The position numbers were made by a program, and so were the translations under genes. The notes under the pieces are model-generated. The model was given only the letters and a program-made list of their open reading frames with translations, ran no database searches and was not told where the DNA came from. From Candidatus Moraniibacteriota bacterium (lineage in GTDB: Bacteria > Patescibacteriota > Minisyncoccia > Moranbacterales > UBA1568): a DNA stretch of 64,000 nt. The DNA lies in assembly GCA_963743885.1 (NCBI GenBank), contig CAVURJ010000002.1, forward strand, positions 109,020 to 173,019, in the 5' to 3' direction. This document shows, in pieces, positions 1 to 9,271 of the stretch; the stretch's first letter is position 1; every line of letters starts with the position of its first letter.

Positions 1-1
1 C

Positions 2-748
2 GATGCTGCAACCCGAGCCGTAGCATATGCCGCGGTTTGTGCCGATGGCCAGCCATCAGAGGGAGGCACTGGCAGTATGCTTGCCGAAGTCTATCGCGCC
101 AAAACGCTGCATGCGCTCGGCCAGGCAGAAGAGGCGGAGCATTTGGCGTCTCGGGTCGTTTCGCGGATCGATACGGTGCCATATATGCCGATCGCGCATC
201 TCCAGGCCGCCTCATTGCTCTCATCATTCGGCCCGGGAGCATTTTCGGATGCGGCTCGGAAGATCTTTGATCGTTGTTTTGATGATTATGCCAGGCGTAT
301 GAGGATTGGTGGGGATATCGAGTTGGCGCTGTTTCCTGAAGCAATCGTTGTGGCGGAAAAACTGCACAGGATATCGGGCGATGCCATGTATCGGCGGAAA
401 GCAACGGAATTATCCGAATGGCTGAAAGGATGCCAGTTGCCGGACGGAAGCTTCCCCGCGCATACATCGGGCGGCCTCGCATATACGCGCGGTACGGGGA
501 AGATCTTCGAAGTTCTGGCGACTGACTCGAAGAAGCATGAACGGGCGCTCTTGGCCGTATTCCGATGGATCAGAGACATACAATATACGGAAGAGAATGC
601 TTTTTTCGTGTCTAAGCGCTACCAGAGCCGGTTACTTGGTGGATTTCGGCATGATGCGCTCAACCAGGATGTCTGGATCGATGCCTCGGCCCATGTGCTG
701 CTCGGTGGCGCTCGAGTACTCCGGCATCTGAAAGAGGATCGGACGTGA
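2..748 (+). CDS. 5'-truncated protein with prenyltransferase/squalene-oxidase-like alpha-helical repeat (partial at window edge)
   Basis: Frame is open from nt 2 upstream of the first Met (77). Contains a 'LKGCQLPDGSFPAH' motif resembling the QxxDG(S/G)(F/W) repeat of terpenoid cyclase/prenyltransferase beta-subunit folds. A terminator hairpin follows. Confidence 0.35.
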   Translation, partial: DAATRAVAYAAVCADGQPSEGGTGSMLAEVYRAKTLHALGQAEEAEHLASRVVSRIDTVPYMPIAHLQAASLLSSFGPGAFSDAARKIFDRCFDDYARRMRIGGDIELALFPEAIVVAEKLHRISGDAMYRRKATELSEWLKGCQLPDGSFPAHTSGGLAYTRGTGKIFEVLATDSKKHERALLAVFRWIRDIQYTEENAFFVSKRYQSRLLGGFRHDALNQDVWIDASAHVLLGGARVLRHLKEDRT

Positions 749-814
749 TGATAGCGGTATCGGCGGATGCACTATCTCAGCGGTTGGGCAGCGGTTGTAT
801 GAATATATGAGAAC

Positions 815-853
815 AAAGAAGCGGCGAAGATACTTCGCCGCTTCTTTTATGTC
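815..853. terminator. Bidirectional rho-independent terminator hairpin (AAAGAAGCGGCGAAG-atac-CTTCGCCGCTTCTTT) between convergent genes
   Basis: Perfect 15-bp inverted repeat flanked by A/T tracts, read directly from the sequence. Confidence 0.7.
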
Positions 854-872
854 TTCCGGGAAAGCGTGTTCC

Positions 873-2120
873 TTACGGCGCGACTTCCTTCCAGTTGAAG
901 TCGCAGTAGCGGGTACCGGTGCAGGCTTCCGGGTTGCCGCAGGTATTGGTGCCGGTGTAGGATTCGCCCATGCAGTAGGAGCCGGAGTCAGTCGAGCAGT
1001 TCGAGGCACAAAACTTCGTCACTGCCGCCGTGACCGTAGAAGTCATACTGACGAGCGGATAGGTGGCGGAGATATTTTCCGTCCGGGTCATGAATGACGG
1101 GAGTGGGTTCGGTGTGACAAGTTTTGGATTGGCTCCGGAAAGCGCGATAGCATCGCTCGGAACATTGGCTGCTGACCAGGTGACTGTTGCTGTGACGTTG
1201 GCTCCTGGAGTAGCATCTGAGCAGGCTGGCTGGTCGGTATAGCAGGCGACGAGCCGTTTCGCCGGGTCGGTATCCATCATGGAAAACGACCCGCCGTTGG
1301 CGTAGTAGATGCCACTTGAGCAGGAATTTTCGCAAATCTGGAGCGAGTGCGTGCAGGCGCTGTCTAGCGGAACAACCGCCTCGCAAGTGCCGCTGCAGCC
1401 GATAATGCCCGTGCCATGCATGCCGCATATGTTTGTGCTGGCGGTTGAGCAGGGTGTTCCATAGCCGACTGGGTTCGGCGGAGCGATGCCGGAGCATGAG
1501 CCGTCGCATTGGACGATGCCATTACTTGGATAGCCTGTCGTTAGGTCACAGGCTAAACAGTTAGGCAGTACCATTCCTCCTCCGGGGTAGTAAAGCTCGG
1601 TGCTGGAGCAGGGCGGGGCATGGAGGACGGTGAGAGGTGATGATTTCGTTCCGGAACAAACAGTCGATGGCGGGTAGGTCTGTCCGCAGGCATTGGTGGC
1701 GGTGCAGGGGTCGCCGACGCCAGGGGGATTGGCCGGAGCGCTTACGCTGCAGACAGTACCGTGGCATTCGGTTACTCCGGACTTGTTGGTGGAGCAGGGT
1801 GGCGTCGTACCACATTGATAGGTGCCGTTGTTGCAGCTGCCGCAGAGGTTGCACTGAACGCAGGGTTGGCCATAGAACGGGCTGTCATGGAGATTAGACG
1901 GACATGAGGCTGGGACGACGAAGCCACCCGTTTCTCCGGAGGGAGAGACGGCTGCGATGCCGAGCTCTGATGACGGTGACGGTTGGGAGAGCCGTTCGCG
2001 TACGAAAAATGAAGCTCCGAAGACTAGTGCTACGATGGCAGCAAAAAGCAATTTTCTGTGCTTTATGACAGAGAGTGGCAAAACGAAATGCATACGTTTC
2101 ATATTTCTTTTAGTATACAC
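873..2120 (-). CDS. Secreted cysteine-rich protein (N-terminal signal peptide/TM, about 60 Cys, Gly/Thr/Ser-rich); C-terminus ...CDFNWKEVAP
   Basis: Hydrophobic N-terminus (LLFAAIVALVFGASFF), then a low-complexity Cys/Gly/Thr-rich body. The C-terminal motif is shared with ORF 46804-47997. Confidence 0.5.
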   Translation of the reverse strand: MYTKRNMKRMHFVLPLSVIKHRKLLFAAIVALVFGASFFVRERLSQPSPSSELGIAAVSPSGETGGFVVPASCPSNLHDSPFYGQPCVQCNLCGSCNNGTYQCGTTPPCSTNKSGVTECHGTVCSVSAPANPPGVGDPCTATNACGQTYPPSTVCSGTKSSPLTVLHAPPCSSTELYYPGGGMVLPNCLACDLTTGYPSNGIVQCDGSCSGIAPPNPVGYGTPCSTASTNICGMHGTGIIGCSGTCEAVVPLDSACTHSLQICENSCSSGIYYANGGSFSMMDTDPAKRLVACYTDQPACSDATPGANVTATVTWSAANVPSDAIALSGANPKLVTPNPLPSFMTRTENISATYPLVSMTSTVTAAVTKFCASNCSTDSGSYCMGESYTGTNTCGNPEACTGTRYCDFNWKEVAP

Positions 2121-2158
2121 TATTTCAGAGGTTTTTCATATGTTTTTATGATGATCTG

Positions 2159-3817
2159 TCAAGCCGCCGGGCGCGGGTATCCCGCTATCGATGCGATACC
2201 GGCCGTGACAGCAATACCGATGGCCAAGACAATGATCCAGTCGCCGTATTGCTGGTACGGGGTCAGATACTCCGAGAGCGGGATACGCGCATAGGTAACC
2301 GATGGTCCTTGGCCGTCATCGGATGCGAGGACGCGGCCGGACGGTCCGATGATAATGGAAGGGGTCATATTGCCAGCGATGATGACTGGTCGGCTGTTTT
2401 CTGCGGCGCGGATTTTTCCGAGAGTAATCGTCTGACGGCCAAGTGTTTTTGACCCGTGGAAGATCGAATGTGAAGAGAGGTTGGCGATGATATCGGGTGC
2501 AGGTATCCCGTTTTCACGCAAGAGGGTGGGGGAGAAGATCTCTGAACAGAGAAGCGGGCTAATCCTGAGCGGTCCGTATGTGCCGTATCGTGCCGTCTCG
2601 AGCCGCTTGAGTGATCTTGTCTCGAGGAAGTTTCGGACGATATCGTCCCGGCCGGCCAGTGTGAGCGGCAAGAGCGTGATCCAAGGAATGTATTCGCCGT
2701 TCGGGATGGGCACTTGTTTTGTAGCGGAAGCGGTCAGGTCGGAGAGAGTATTGTAGAAGAAGGCCCGGGAATCCGGTCCGGCACCGTCGGAGATGTGGCC
2801 GGAATCGATGACGAGATGCTCTCCCGGTCCGAGCATGTCGGAGAAATAGCGTTGCCGGTATCCCGCATCGATGCTGGCGATGAATTGTGAATCTTCTGGC
2901 AGAATGAGAAGCTCCGGCGATTGGTCATCACTTTTGATCCTAGAAAGTAGATTACGGAGCGCTGCCGCTTTGCGGATGTCGGCGTCGGGATCATCTGAGG
3001 CGCGTTCGGAAAAATCAGTGTGAACGATGGCGGCGAGAGGCCCTTGGGGAGTAGGAATGCGCTGGGTTGTCGTCCGGAAAAAGAGAAAGACGGTCACGCT
3101 GGACGTGAACATGAGTAGCACGATGAGACCGACTACGGCAAGCAAGGGCCTGTTCGCTGAATATATCAGACGCAACCGCCCTGGTGGCAGACCGCGCAAG
3201 AAGCGCCATACCATGAAGAGTGTAGCATTGATGAAAACAGCGAGAAAGCTGAGAAGGTAGACGCCGCCGAGCGGAGCAAGCAGCAAGAGTGGTGACCAGG
3301 CGAGGGCGTTGCCGAGCACGCCGAATGTCCAGTGGCCGCCGATGATTGAATGCGGTCCGGCATAGAGTATCGAGAAAGCATATGTGTGTACGTATTCGAA
3401 GACGGTCCATGATGCGGCAGCGAAGAGGATGAAAAGGATCGGTTTGCGGATACGGAGGGCGGAAAAACCGACGGTCCAGAGTCCGGAAAAAAGCCCTGCA
3501 AGCAGCGCTCCTGCTACCCAGACCATAGCGATGAGCGAGATGCTCAGGATGGGCGATCTGATACCGGCCCAGTCAAGCGGAAGCGCTTCGAAGAACCAGA
3601 CGATGTTGATGCTGGAGAAGATGGTGCCGAACAGGAATCCGGCGAAAAACGCGCTTCTCCCGATGACGTGCCGGTCATAGATCGTGGAGAGCAGCGGTAT
3701 GAATCCGACCAGCATGAGTGGCCAGCCATATTGTGGGAAACAGTAGCCGGCACCCATGAGTATCGCGCTAGCGAGAACAGGCAGAAGGTATGATTGGATT
3801 TTTTTATCGGATTTCAT
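2159..3817 (-). CDS. lnt: Apolipoprotein N-acyltransferase (Lnt)-like: polytopic N-terminal membrane domain plus C-terminal CN-hydrolase (nitrilase-fold) domain
   Basis: About 6 N-terminal TM helices and a C-terminal TM. Nitrilase-superfamily region with the 'LLCSEIF' catalytic-Cys motif and the 'LILPEDS' Glu motif. Length 552 aa matches Lnt topology. Confidence 0.6.
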   Translation of the reverse strand: MKSDKKIQSYLLPVLASAILMGAGYCFPQYGWPLMLVGFIPLLSTIYDRHVIGRSAFFAGFLFGTIFSSINIVWFFEALPLDWAGIRSPILSISLIAMVWVAGALLAGLFSGLWTVGFSALRIRKPILFILFAAASWTVFEYVHTYAFSILYAGPHSIIGGHWTFGVLGNALAWSPLLLLAPLGGVYLLSFLAVFINATLFMVWRFLRGLPPGRLRLIYSANRPLLAVVGLIVLLMFTSSVTVFLFFRTTTQRIPTPQGPLAAIVHTDFSERASDDPDADIRKAAALRNLLSRIKSDDQSPELLILPEDSQFIASIDAGYRQRYFSDMLGPGEHLVIDSGHISDGAGPDSRAFFYNTLSDLTASATKQVPIPNGEYIPWITLLPLTLAGRDDIVRNFLETRSLKRLETARYGTYGPLRISPLLCSEIFSPTLLRENGIPAPDIIANLSSHSIFHGSKTLGRQTITLGKIRAAENSRPVIIAGNMTPSIIIGPSGRVLASDDGQGPSVTYARIPLSEYLTPYQQYGDWIIVLAIGIAVTAGIASIAGYPRPAA

Positions 3818-3833
3818 CTTGAGTCTAGATGAT

Positions 3834-4664
3834 TTACGTAGGAGAATATTTCGGCTTCGGAAGACCGAAGAGGTATCCGAACGGTGCGGTGGAGAGGATG
3901 TGGAGGATAGTGATGATCCAGAATGATCCGCGGATATAATCCGGATGTACGCCAGCAGACCCGCCGATAGGTGACCAGAGGGACACGATGAGTATCAGGA
4001 TCAGCAGCATGACGAATCCGTCGCGTTCTTGGCGTTTGTATTTATGGAGCTTGTAGACCGGATAGATGAACCAGAAGAAATAGTGGGAGATCACGAAGGC
4101 GTCGAGGATGAAGGTGGCATTGGCGCCGAGAGCGGCTGAAACAATGATGAATGCCGTAAGGATTTTCGTCTGGATGAAGAACCAGTTGATTTCTTTGAGG
4201 CCGGAAAGCTCGATGATGATGAGGAGGAACGCTAGCCAGAGGAGCGTTACGAGGGGGATGCTGATATGGGCAGTGTCGCCGATAAGGAGGATTGACGCGA
4301 GGGCGAGCGGAGAGAATCCGGCGAGCAACCCGGAGAGATCGCGGCGCTGTTCCTGCAGGTCGAACTCGTCGTAGATGAAATGGACGGCGAACATGACATA
4401 GCCGAAGAGTGCGAGATTCGGTATGGAAAGCGTCTTGGAAAAGACGAGGGAAAAGAGGGTGGCAGCGAAGAACAGCAGCCAGAGGATATAGCGCCAACTG
4501 AGCTTTTTCGCCATCCACATAGCGGCCCAAGCGCCGATGGCATGGGCTCGCGCTAAGGCGTAAATGACCATTTTCGGAGGGAAGAGGTAACAGGAGCAGA
4601 GGACAAGTACGCCCAGGGCGACTTTGTACGGGGAGAACCCCTGTATTGGCAGGTTGATTTTCAT
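3834..4664 (-). CDS. Polytopic integral membrane protein, function unknown
   Basis: 276 aa, at least 7 hydrophobic helices, no recognisable motif. Adjacent to Lnt-like and UbiA-like genes. Confidence 0.4.
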   Translation of the reverse strand: MKINLPIQGFSPYKVALGVLVLCSCYLFPPKMVIYALARAHAIGAWAAMWMAKKLSWRYILWLLFFAATLFSLVFSKTLSIPNLALFGYVMFAVHFIYDEFDLQEQRRDLSGLLAGFSPLALASILLIGDTAHISIPLVTLLWLAFLLIIIELSGLKEINWFFIQTKILTAFIIVSAALGANATFILDAFVISHYFFWFIYPVYKLHKYKRQERDGFVMLLILILIVSLWSPIGGSAGVHPDYIRGSFWIITILHILSTAPFGYLFGLPKPKYSPT

Positions 4665-4791
4665 ATGGTCCTGATAACGGGAGAGTCTTCCTTCACGCGG
4701 TCGATTCTGATACCATCGATTATAGTCCCCATCGGATTCGGTGTCTATGCTGTAGCTGTTCCGGCTGCGGGTACCCTAACGTTTCTGTTTT

Positions 4792-5664
4792 ATGCATACC
4801 ATCCTCACATTTTTCGATCGGGTGAACGATATGCGGATCAATGTGATTCTGAACTATTTCTTATTAGTGAGCTTTTTCGTCTTTAAGAGCCAGAGTCAGG
4901 TCTCTTCCGAAGATAGGATCGCGTTCGCTGCCATAGCGACTGCGTTCGTCGGATTTTCCTATCTATTCAACAGGTATACAGATTATCATTACGATATCGT
5001 CGTCGACGGAACGGAGATAAAGCTCGCTCGCAGGACCTATCTTTGGATATCATTCGGTTATTTCGCTGTGGGCAGCCTGCTTCTTTTGGAAAATCCGGAA
5101 TATTTCCCAGTGCTCATCATCGGGGCTATTTTTGGCATTCCATATTCTGTCCCGACTATCCTCAAAGAGCCTTTCAAGAATTATCTTTTTCTGAAGACTA
5201 TCTATTCCTCCGGATCGAAGACCGCTGTCATTTTCTATTGGCTCCAATGCTTCACGACCTCATCGCTTTCGGAGAGCATAGCGATGTCTTTCATATTCTT
5301 CTGCTCGCATACCGTCTTCGGTATTCTCTGGGATGTGAGGGATATCGAGGCGGACAGGGTCGGTCATGTGCGGACCATCCCAAATGTCTATGGAGTCGGA
5401 GCTGCTCTGACTGTCGCTACGGCCGCCAATATCACCGGATTTCTCATCGATATGTCCGTTTTCGATACGACGGTGCGCGATCTCGCATTCTTCGGATTGG
5501 CTGGGGTGCTCATACTGCTCACGGAATTCGTCCGGCATCCGAGATTTTTCCACACGATGATATATTGCAATATTATTACCAAGCTGTTTTTCGTGAATGA
5601 TCGGGAGTTTGGTATCCTGATCGGCGCAGCCAGGCTCTTTTTCGGGAAAATACTTCCGTTCTAG
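4792..5664 (+). CDS. UbiA-family aromatic/isoprenoid prenyltransferase-like membrane protein
   Basis: 290 aa polytopic. First Asp-rich motif 'NRYTDYHYDIVVD' (NxxxDxxxD-like). Second motif 'WDVRDIEADRVGHVRTIP' matches the UbiA D-x-x-D-x-E-x-D-R...T-(L/I)-P signature. Confidence 0.55.
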   Translation: MHTILTFFDRVNDMRINVILNYFLLVSFFVFKSQSQVSSEDRIAFAAIATAFVGFSYLFNRYTDYHYDIVVDGTEIKLARRTYLWISFGYFAVGSLLLLENPEYFPVLIIGAIFGIPYSVPTILKEPFKNYLFLKTIYSSGSKTAVIFYWLQCFTTSSLSESIAMSFIFFCSHTVFGILWDVRDIEADRVGHVRTIPNVYGVGAALTVATAANITGFLIDMSVFDTTVRDLAFFGLAGVLILLTEFVRHPRFFHTMIYCNIITKLFFVNDREFGILIGAARLFFGKILPF

Positions 5665-6596
5665 TCGGATTTTTCCTGGGGGTCGTTGTTTTCATCCGTA
5701 TCGACCAGTGAGAGATTATGCCGGATGACCGAGCGCATCTCTTCCAATCCGCGCGCGTAGATGCCAGGGTCATTGCCAGGGTATGAGGCACCCCAGCTCT
5801 CCGGAGTCATATCCGATACTTCGCGCCAGGCGGATTCGAAAGCGGTCTTCGCTCCCGTCTTGTCTCCGAGATTGAGCAGCGCCGTGCCATAGATGGTATG
5901 GAGCCATGGATTGACCTCGGCGTGTCGCAGGCCAGCCGCAGCCGTATCGCGGGTCTTCTCGTAGTCTCCCTGGCGGAAATAGACCCAGGCGAGGTCGTTG
6001 TAGCCGGCCCAGTTGAAATCATCGCGCTTGATGAATTCCTTGAATCCCCATTCGGCTTCCGGATAGTTCTCCTGGTAGCCGTTGATGAGTCCGTACATGT
6101 AGTAGCCCTGCTTGAGGTCGGGTGCATAGCGGATAGCTTCTTTGATCTCGAAAATTGCTTCGCGGAAGCGGCTCTGGATGAAGTAGGTGCGGCCGAGCTG
6201 GTAGTGTGCTTCCGGGAAGGCATAGCGCTGCTGGAGCGCCCGAATGTAGTATTTCTGGGCTGTTTCGATATCGTAGCGCCCGGCGCCGCCGAAATGATGG
6301 TCACCCATCTCGAAGAGCATAGTGGCATCTTCCGCGGAGAGCGTGAGGGGGATTGTTTCGAGCTTGAGATATTTCCAGAGGATGCCGCCAATCGCGTTGT
6401 GGTAGTGAAAGACGGAGGCGATGCTGACGGATAGGATGAGGACATAAAGGGCGATCATAGCGATGCGCCGCGGCGCGATGGCTATGATGTCCGGTCGGGG
6501 GAATGGCATATAGGAATGCGAGAAAGATACTATGGATGGACGGAGACATTTCCATCGTAGCATATTTTTCCGATGGCGTATCAGTTGTGCTATCAT
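5661..6596 (-). CDS. TPR-repeat protein with N-terminal membrane anchor
   Basis: Hydrophobic N-terminal segment then repeated 34-aa-like TPR helices (YYIRALQQ..., YQLGRTYF..., W-L-G-Y pattern). The true start is probably internal (MPFPRP... or MIALYVL...). Confidence 0.5.
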   Translation of the reverse strand: MIAQLIRHRKNMLRWKCLRPSIVSFSHSYMPFPRPDIIAIAPRRIAMIALYVLILSVSIASVFHYHNAIGGILWKYLKLETIPLTLSAEDATMLFEMGDHHFGGAGRYDIETAQKYYIRALQQRYAFPEAHYQLGRTYFIQSRFREAIFEIKEAIRYAPDLKQGYYMYGLINGYQENYPEAEWGFKEFIKRDDFNWAGYNDLAWVYFRQGDYEKTRDTAAAGLRHAEVNPWLHTIYGTALLNLGDKTGAKTAFESAWREVSDMTPESWGASYPGNDPGIYARGLEEMRSVIRHNLSLVDTDENNDPQEKSD

Positions 6597-6625
6597 TGGG
6601 CATATATGAAGATATCGATCCGGTT

Positions 6626-8137
6626 ATGATGGAGTTTCAGATCAGGACATATAGGAAAAGCATGGAGGATGTGCCGCAGGATATCCGGGATGCTTTCCGT
6701 ACGCCGATCGTACTGACGATGGTGCATAAGAAGAATACTACCGCGTTCTTCCCGTCTTTTGTTATCATCGATTTCACCTGCGGAGAGCTGACGCATATCC
6801 GGAGCTATCTTCCGGAGAATGTAGTGCTGAAGAAGGCTCATCCGGAGAATGCGTCGATCGTGACGCGGCCGCACATGGTGAATCCCCATTGCATCATCGA
6901 GGTTCATCCCGGAAAGGATTTCTATGCATTCGTGGATGGAGGGAACTATTTTTTGCATGTCGACTATGTGACCGGAAAGATGCGGACATATTTCGCGAAG
7001 GATGTGCTGGCTGATGGAGACTTGGGGAATTTCGGATGGTTCTCGGCGACGGCGTATAAGGATGATGACGATCCACGCTTCTTCCACTTCGCCGTCGAGA
7101 GCCGGCAAGAAGAGAAGCGATATCTCGATTTTTGTCGGATGAGTCTGGATCGCTCCGATGCCAGGCGAGTGTTCCGGTCGGATATGGCGGATTTCTTTCC
7201 GGTACCGCATGCGGTCAGGAAATTCCGTGGGCGCATCTTCAATTCCAGGTTTGAGGGGGGGCGGTTCCGGTATCGTGAGTCTGGCAAGATGTTTGATTCC
7301 ATTGAGGCGCTTTCCGAACATATCTACCGTGGTCTTCATCGAGAGTTCTGTGCTCTTTCCGGTGGAGAAATGTCCGAGAGGCGATTTGAAGATGACGTCA
7401 CATCTTTTTATCCGGAGACCGATTTCAGTTCGGATTTTCAGAGGTTCTGTGAGGATCGCGGAGGGAATATCGTCGGGATAGGCCGTCGTGATAACCGGTA
7501 TGTATTTGAGGCTTTGCCAGGGATATTCTTGGCAATCAATCTGGGGACCGGATCGCTTGAACGGTATGAGACGACGTTCTGCTCCCCGGCGCATTTTGAG
7601 GCGGATGAACGCGATGACGCGCTTTATGTCTCATCGCATAATTTCCTTCGTTTCGGTAAAAAGATGCTGTTTCTTGGTCCGGCCGCTCTCGATAAATTCG
7701 TGATCCGAGACGGGGGAGTGAAAAGGGTCGGATCGTTTTCCGATCCGTCCGGGTATCGTTTCACGTCGCATAAAATCTTCTATCATCGGGGACATTCGTA
7801 TATATGCACTATCGGCCACCCGAACCGATTGTTCATCATCGATGCTGAGACGATGGAGTTGGTGTATCATGTTGATCTTTTTCGGGATTCGCTGTCGAGT
7901 ATTTCGGATATCGGAGAGTTCGTCAATCAGTATGACGGACCATTTCTTTCAGCAGTTGAAGTATCGGATGATGGTGAGTATATTATTGTGATTGGTAGTA
8001 GTTCGATCTATTTCTTTAGTGTCATAGGTCGCCGAATCATTTATGAGATGCCAATTTTTCAAGTGTCCGATACTGAGTATGATAAGTCGTATTGGAAATT
8101 TGTGATGCGGACAGTGCATATGAACCGTCTCACTTAG
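6626..8137 (+). CDS. Hypothetical protein, first gene of the putative YcaO/SagB RiPP operon
   Basis: Long ORF with no recognisable motif. The track start (6503) overlaps the divergent gene, so the first in-frame ATG (about 6626) is preferred. Ends 6 nt before the next ORF. Confidence 0.4.
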   Translation: MMEFQIRTYRKSMEDVPQDIRDAFRTPIVLTMVHKKNTTAFFPSFVIIDFTCGELTHIRSYLPENVVLKKAHPENASIVTRPHMVNPHCIIEVHPGKDFYAFVDGGNYFLHVDYVTGKMRTYFAKDVLADGDLGNFGWFSATAYKDDDDPRFFHFAVESRQEEKRYLDFCRMSLDRSDARRVFRSDMADFFPVPHAVRKFRGRIFNSRFEGGRFRYRESGKMFDSIEALSEHIYRGLHREFCALSGGEMSERRFEDDVTSFYPETDFSSDFQRFCEDRGGNIVGIGRRDNRYVFEALPGIFLAINLGTGSLERYETTFCSPAHFEADERDDALYVSSHNFLRFGKKMLFLGPAALDKFVIRDGGVKRVGSFSDPSGYRFTSHKIFYHRGHSYICTIGHPNRLFIIDAETMELVYHVDLFRDSLSSISDIGEFVNQYDGPFLSAVEVSDDGEYIIVIGSSSIYFFSVIGRRIIYEMPIFQVSDTEYDKSYWKFVMRTVHMNRLT

Positions 8138-8143
8138 CAGAGT

Positions 8144-9226
8144 ATGGATGTGATTACACGGAATATCTCATTCCGGTCTTATGAGGAGCGACATGCGTGT
8201 GTAACGGGTATACGGGATATCCGTGAATTTGTCCTGTATCTTGAGTCATTGGAACGCGGAGGGGCCAGAATCGTTTCGGGGGTGTATGTTTCCGGATCGG
8301 CCGATGACGCGGCGCAGCGGATGCTTCGCCGCTATTCGATTTTGTCTCTGATGCATTCGATAGAGCAAGGATGTGCGTCCGATGCAGCGAATGCGTCGAT
8401 AGTGGCGGTTTCTGGGGATATCCGCGTCGAGCATATCCAGTCGGAAGACGGGCATGCGCTGGGAACGTGTGTCGAGGCCGGCGGGTATTTGCACCTTTCA
8501 CTTGCCGGGTTATCAGAAGGAACGGCTCTGGCAGGAGAGGTATCCTTTTCGGATGAGATTGCGGAGGAATATGTGAGGAATGGGCGGTGGCTGCATGGAT
8601 ACGGATTTTCATCGGAGCACGTCTGCCGTTATTGGAACTATATGGCCGATATCGCGTCGCATTATGCTGATTTTAATCGGGCTCGGGACGGGTATTTCGT
8701 AGCGCAAGGCGTGAAGGCATATCCGGCTGCGACCGGTATCGAAGCGGTCTTCCCGGGGGAGCGGAGGATCTCGATCGGACTTGAGGCGTATCGGCCGATT
8801 GCGGATGGATCGGTCATCATCGCTCCAGTCGTTTCTGATATGCAGTGCGAGGCGAGCATGTATGGACCGAAGTTCTCACGCGCGACGAGCGTCGTATTCC
8901 CGAAAGACGGCATTGAGAAGCTGTACGTATCCGGAACATCGAATATCGGGAAAACAGGACAGTCTACGAAGGGGCAGGACGTTCATTCTGATATTTCCTA
9001 TACCATGTCCTGTATCGGACACCTCTTATCGAAACGAGGTATGTCGCTTGAGGATATCGTTTCGGCACGCGCATACTTTCATGATGCGGCGGCATATCAG
9101 GCGTTCCTTAGTCTCTATCTCTCCGAGGGCTGGACATTTCCATATATACCTGTCTTTTCTTCGGTTTGTCGGAAAGAGCTTGTTTTCGAGATGGAGTGCC
9201 TTGCGGCTCATCCCTTTGGCACATAG
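8144..9226 (+). CDS. Hypothetical protein in putative RiPP operon; C-terminal region weakly RidA/YjgF-like
   Basis: 360 aa, tightly packed between operon genes. The C-terminal '...IVSARAYFHDAAAYQAFLSLYLSEGWTFPYIPVFSSVCRKELVFEMECLA' resembles the YjgF/RidA C-terminal signature. Low certainty. Confidence 0.35.
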   Translation: MDVITRNISFRSYEERHACVTGIRDIREFVLYLESLERGGARIVSGVYVSGSADDAAQRMLRRYSILSLMHSIEQGCASDAANASIVAVSGDIRVEHIQSEDGHALGTCVEAGGYLHLSLAGLSEGTALAGEVSFSDEIAEEYVRNGRWLHGYGFSSEHVCRYWNYMADIASHYADFNRARDGYFVAQGVKAYPAATGIEAVFPGERRISIGLEAYRPIADGSVIIAPVVSDMQCEASMYGPKFSRATSVVFPKDGIEKLYVSGTSNIGKTGQSTKGQDVHSDISYTMSCIGHLLSKRGMSLEDIVSARAYFHDAAAYQAFLSLYLSEGWTFPYIPVFSSVCRKELVFEMECLAAHPFGT

Positions 9227-9271
9227 CAAAGGATGGTGATATAGTGGAGATACCCGTATGTTTGTTTGATT

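Noticed and set aside
5807-6445. ORFs 5807-6445(-) and 5898-6434(+) nested in the TPR gene; numerous 60-160-aa ORFs inside larger genes throughout.
   Set aside because: They are fully contained within better-supported CDSs and have low-complexity Ser/Arg/Ala composition typical of out-of-frame high-GC translation.
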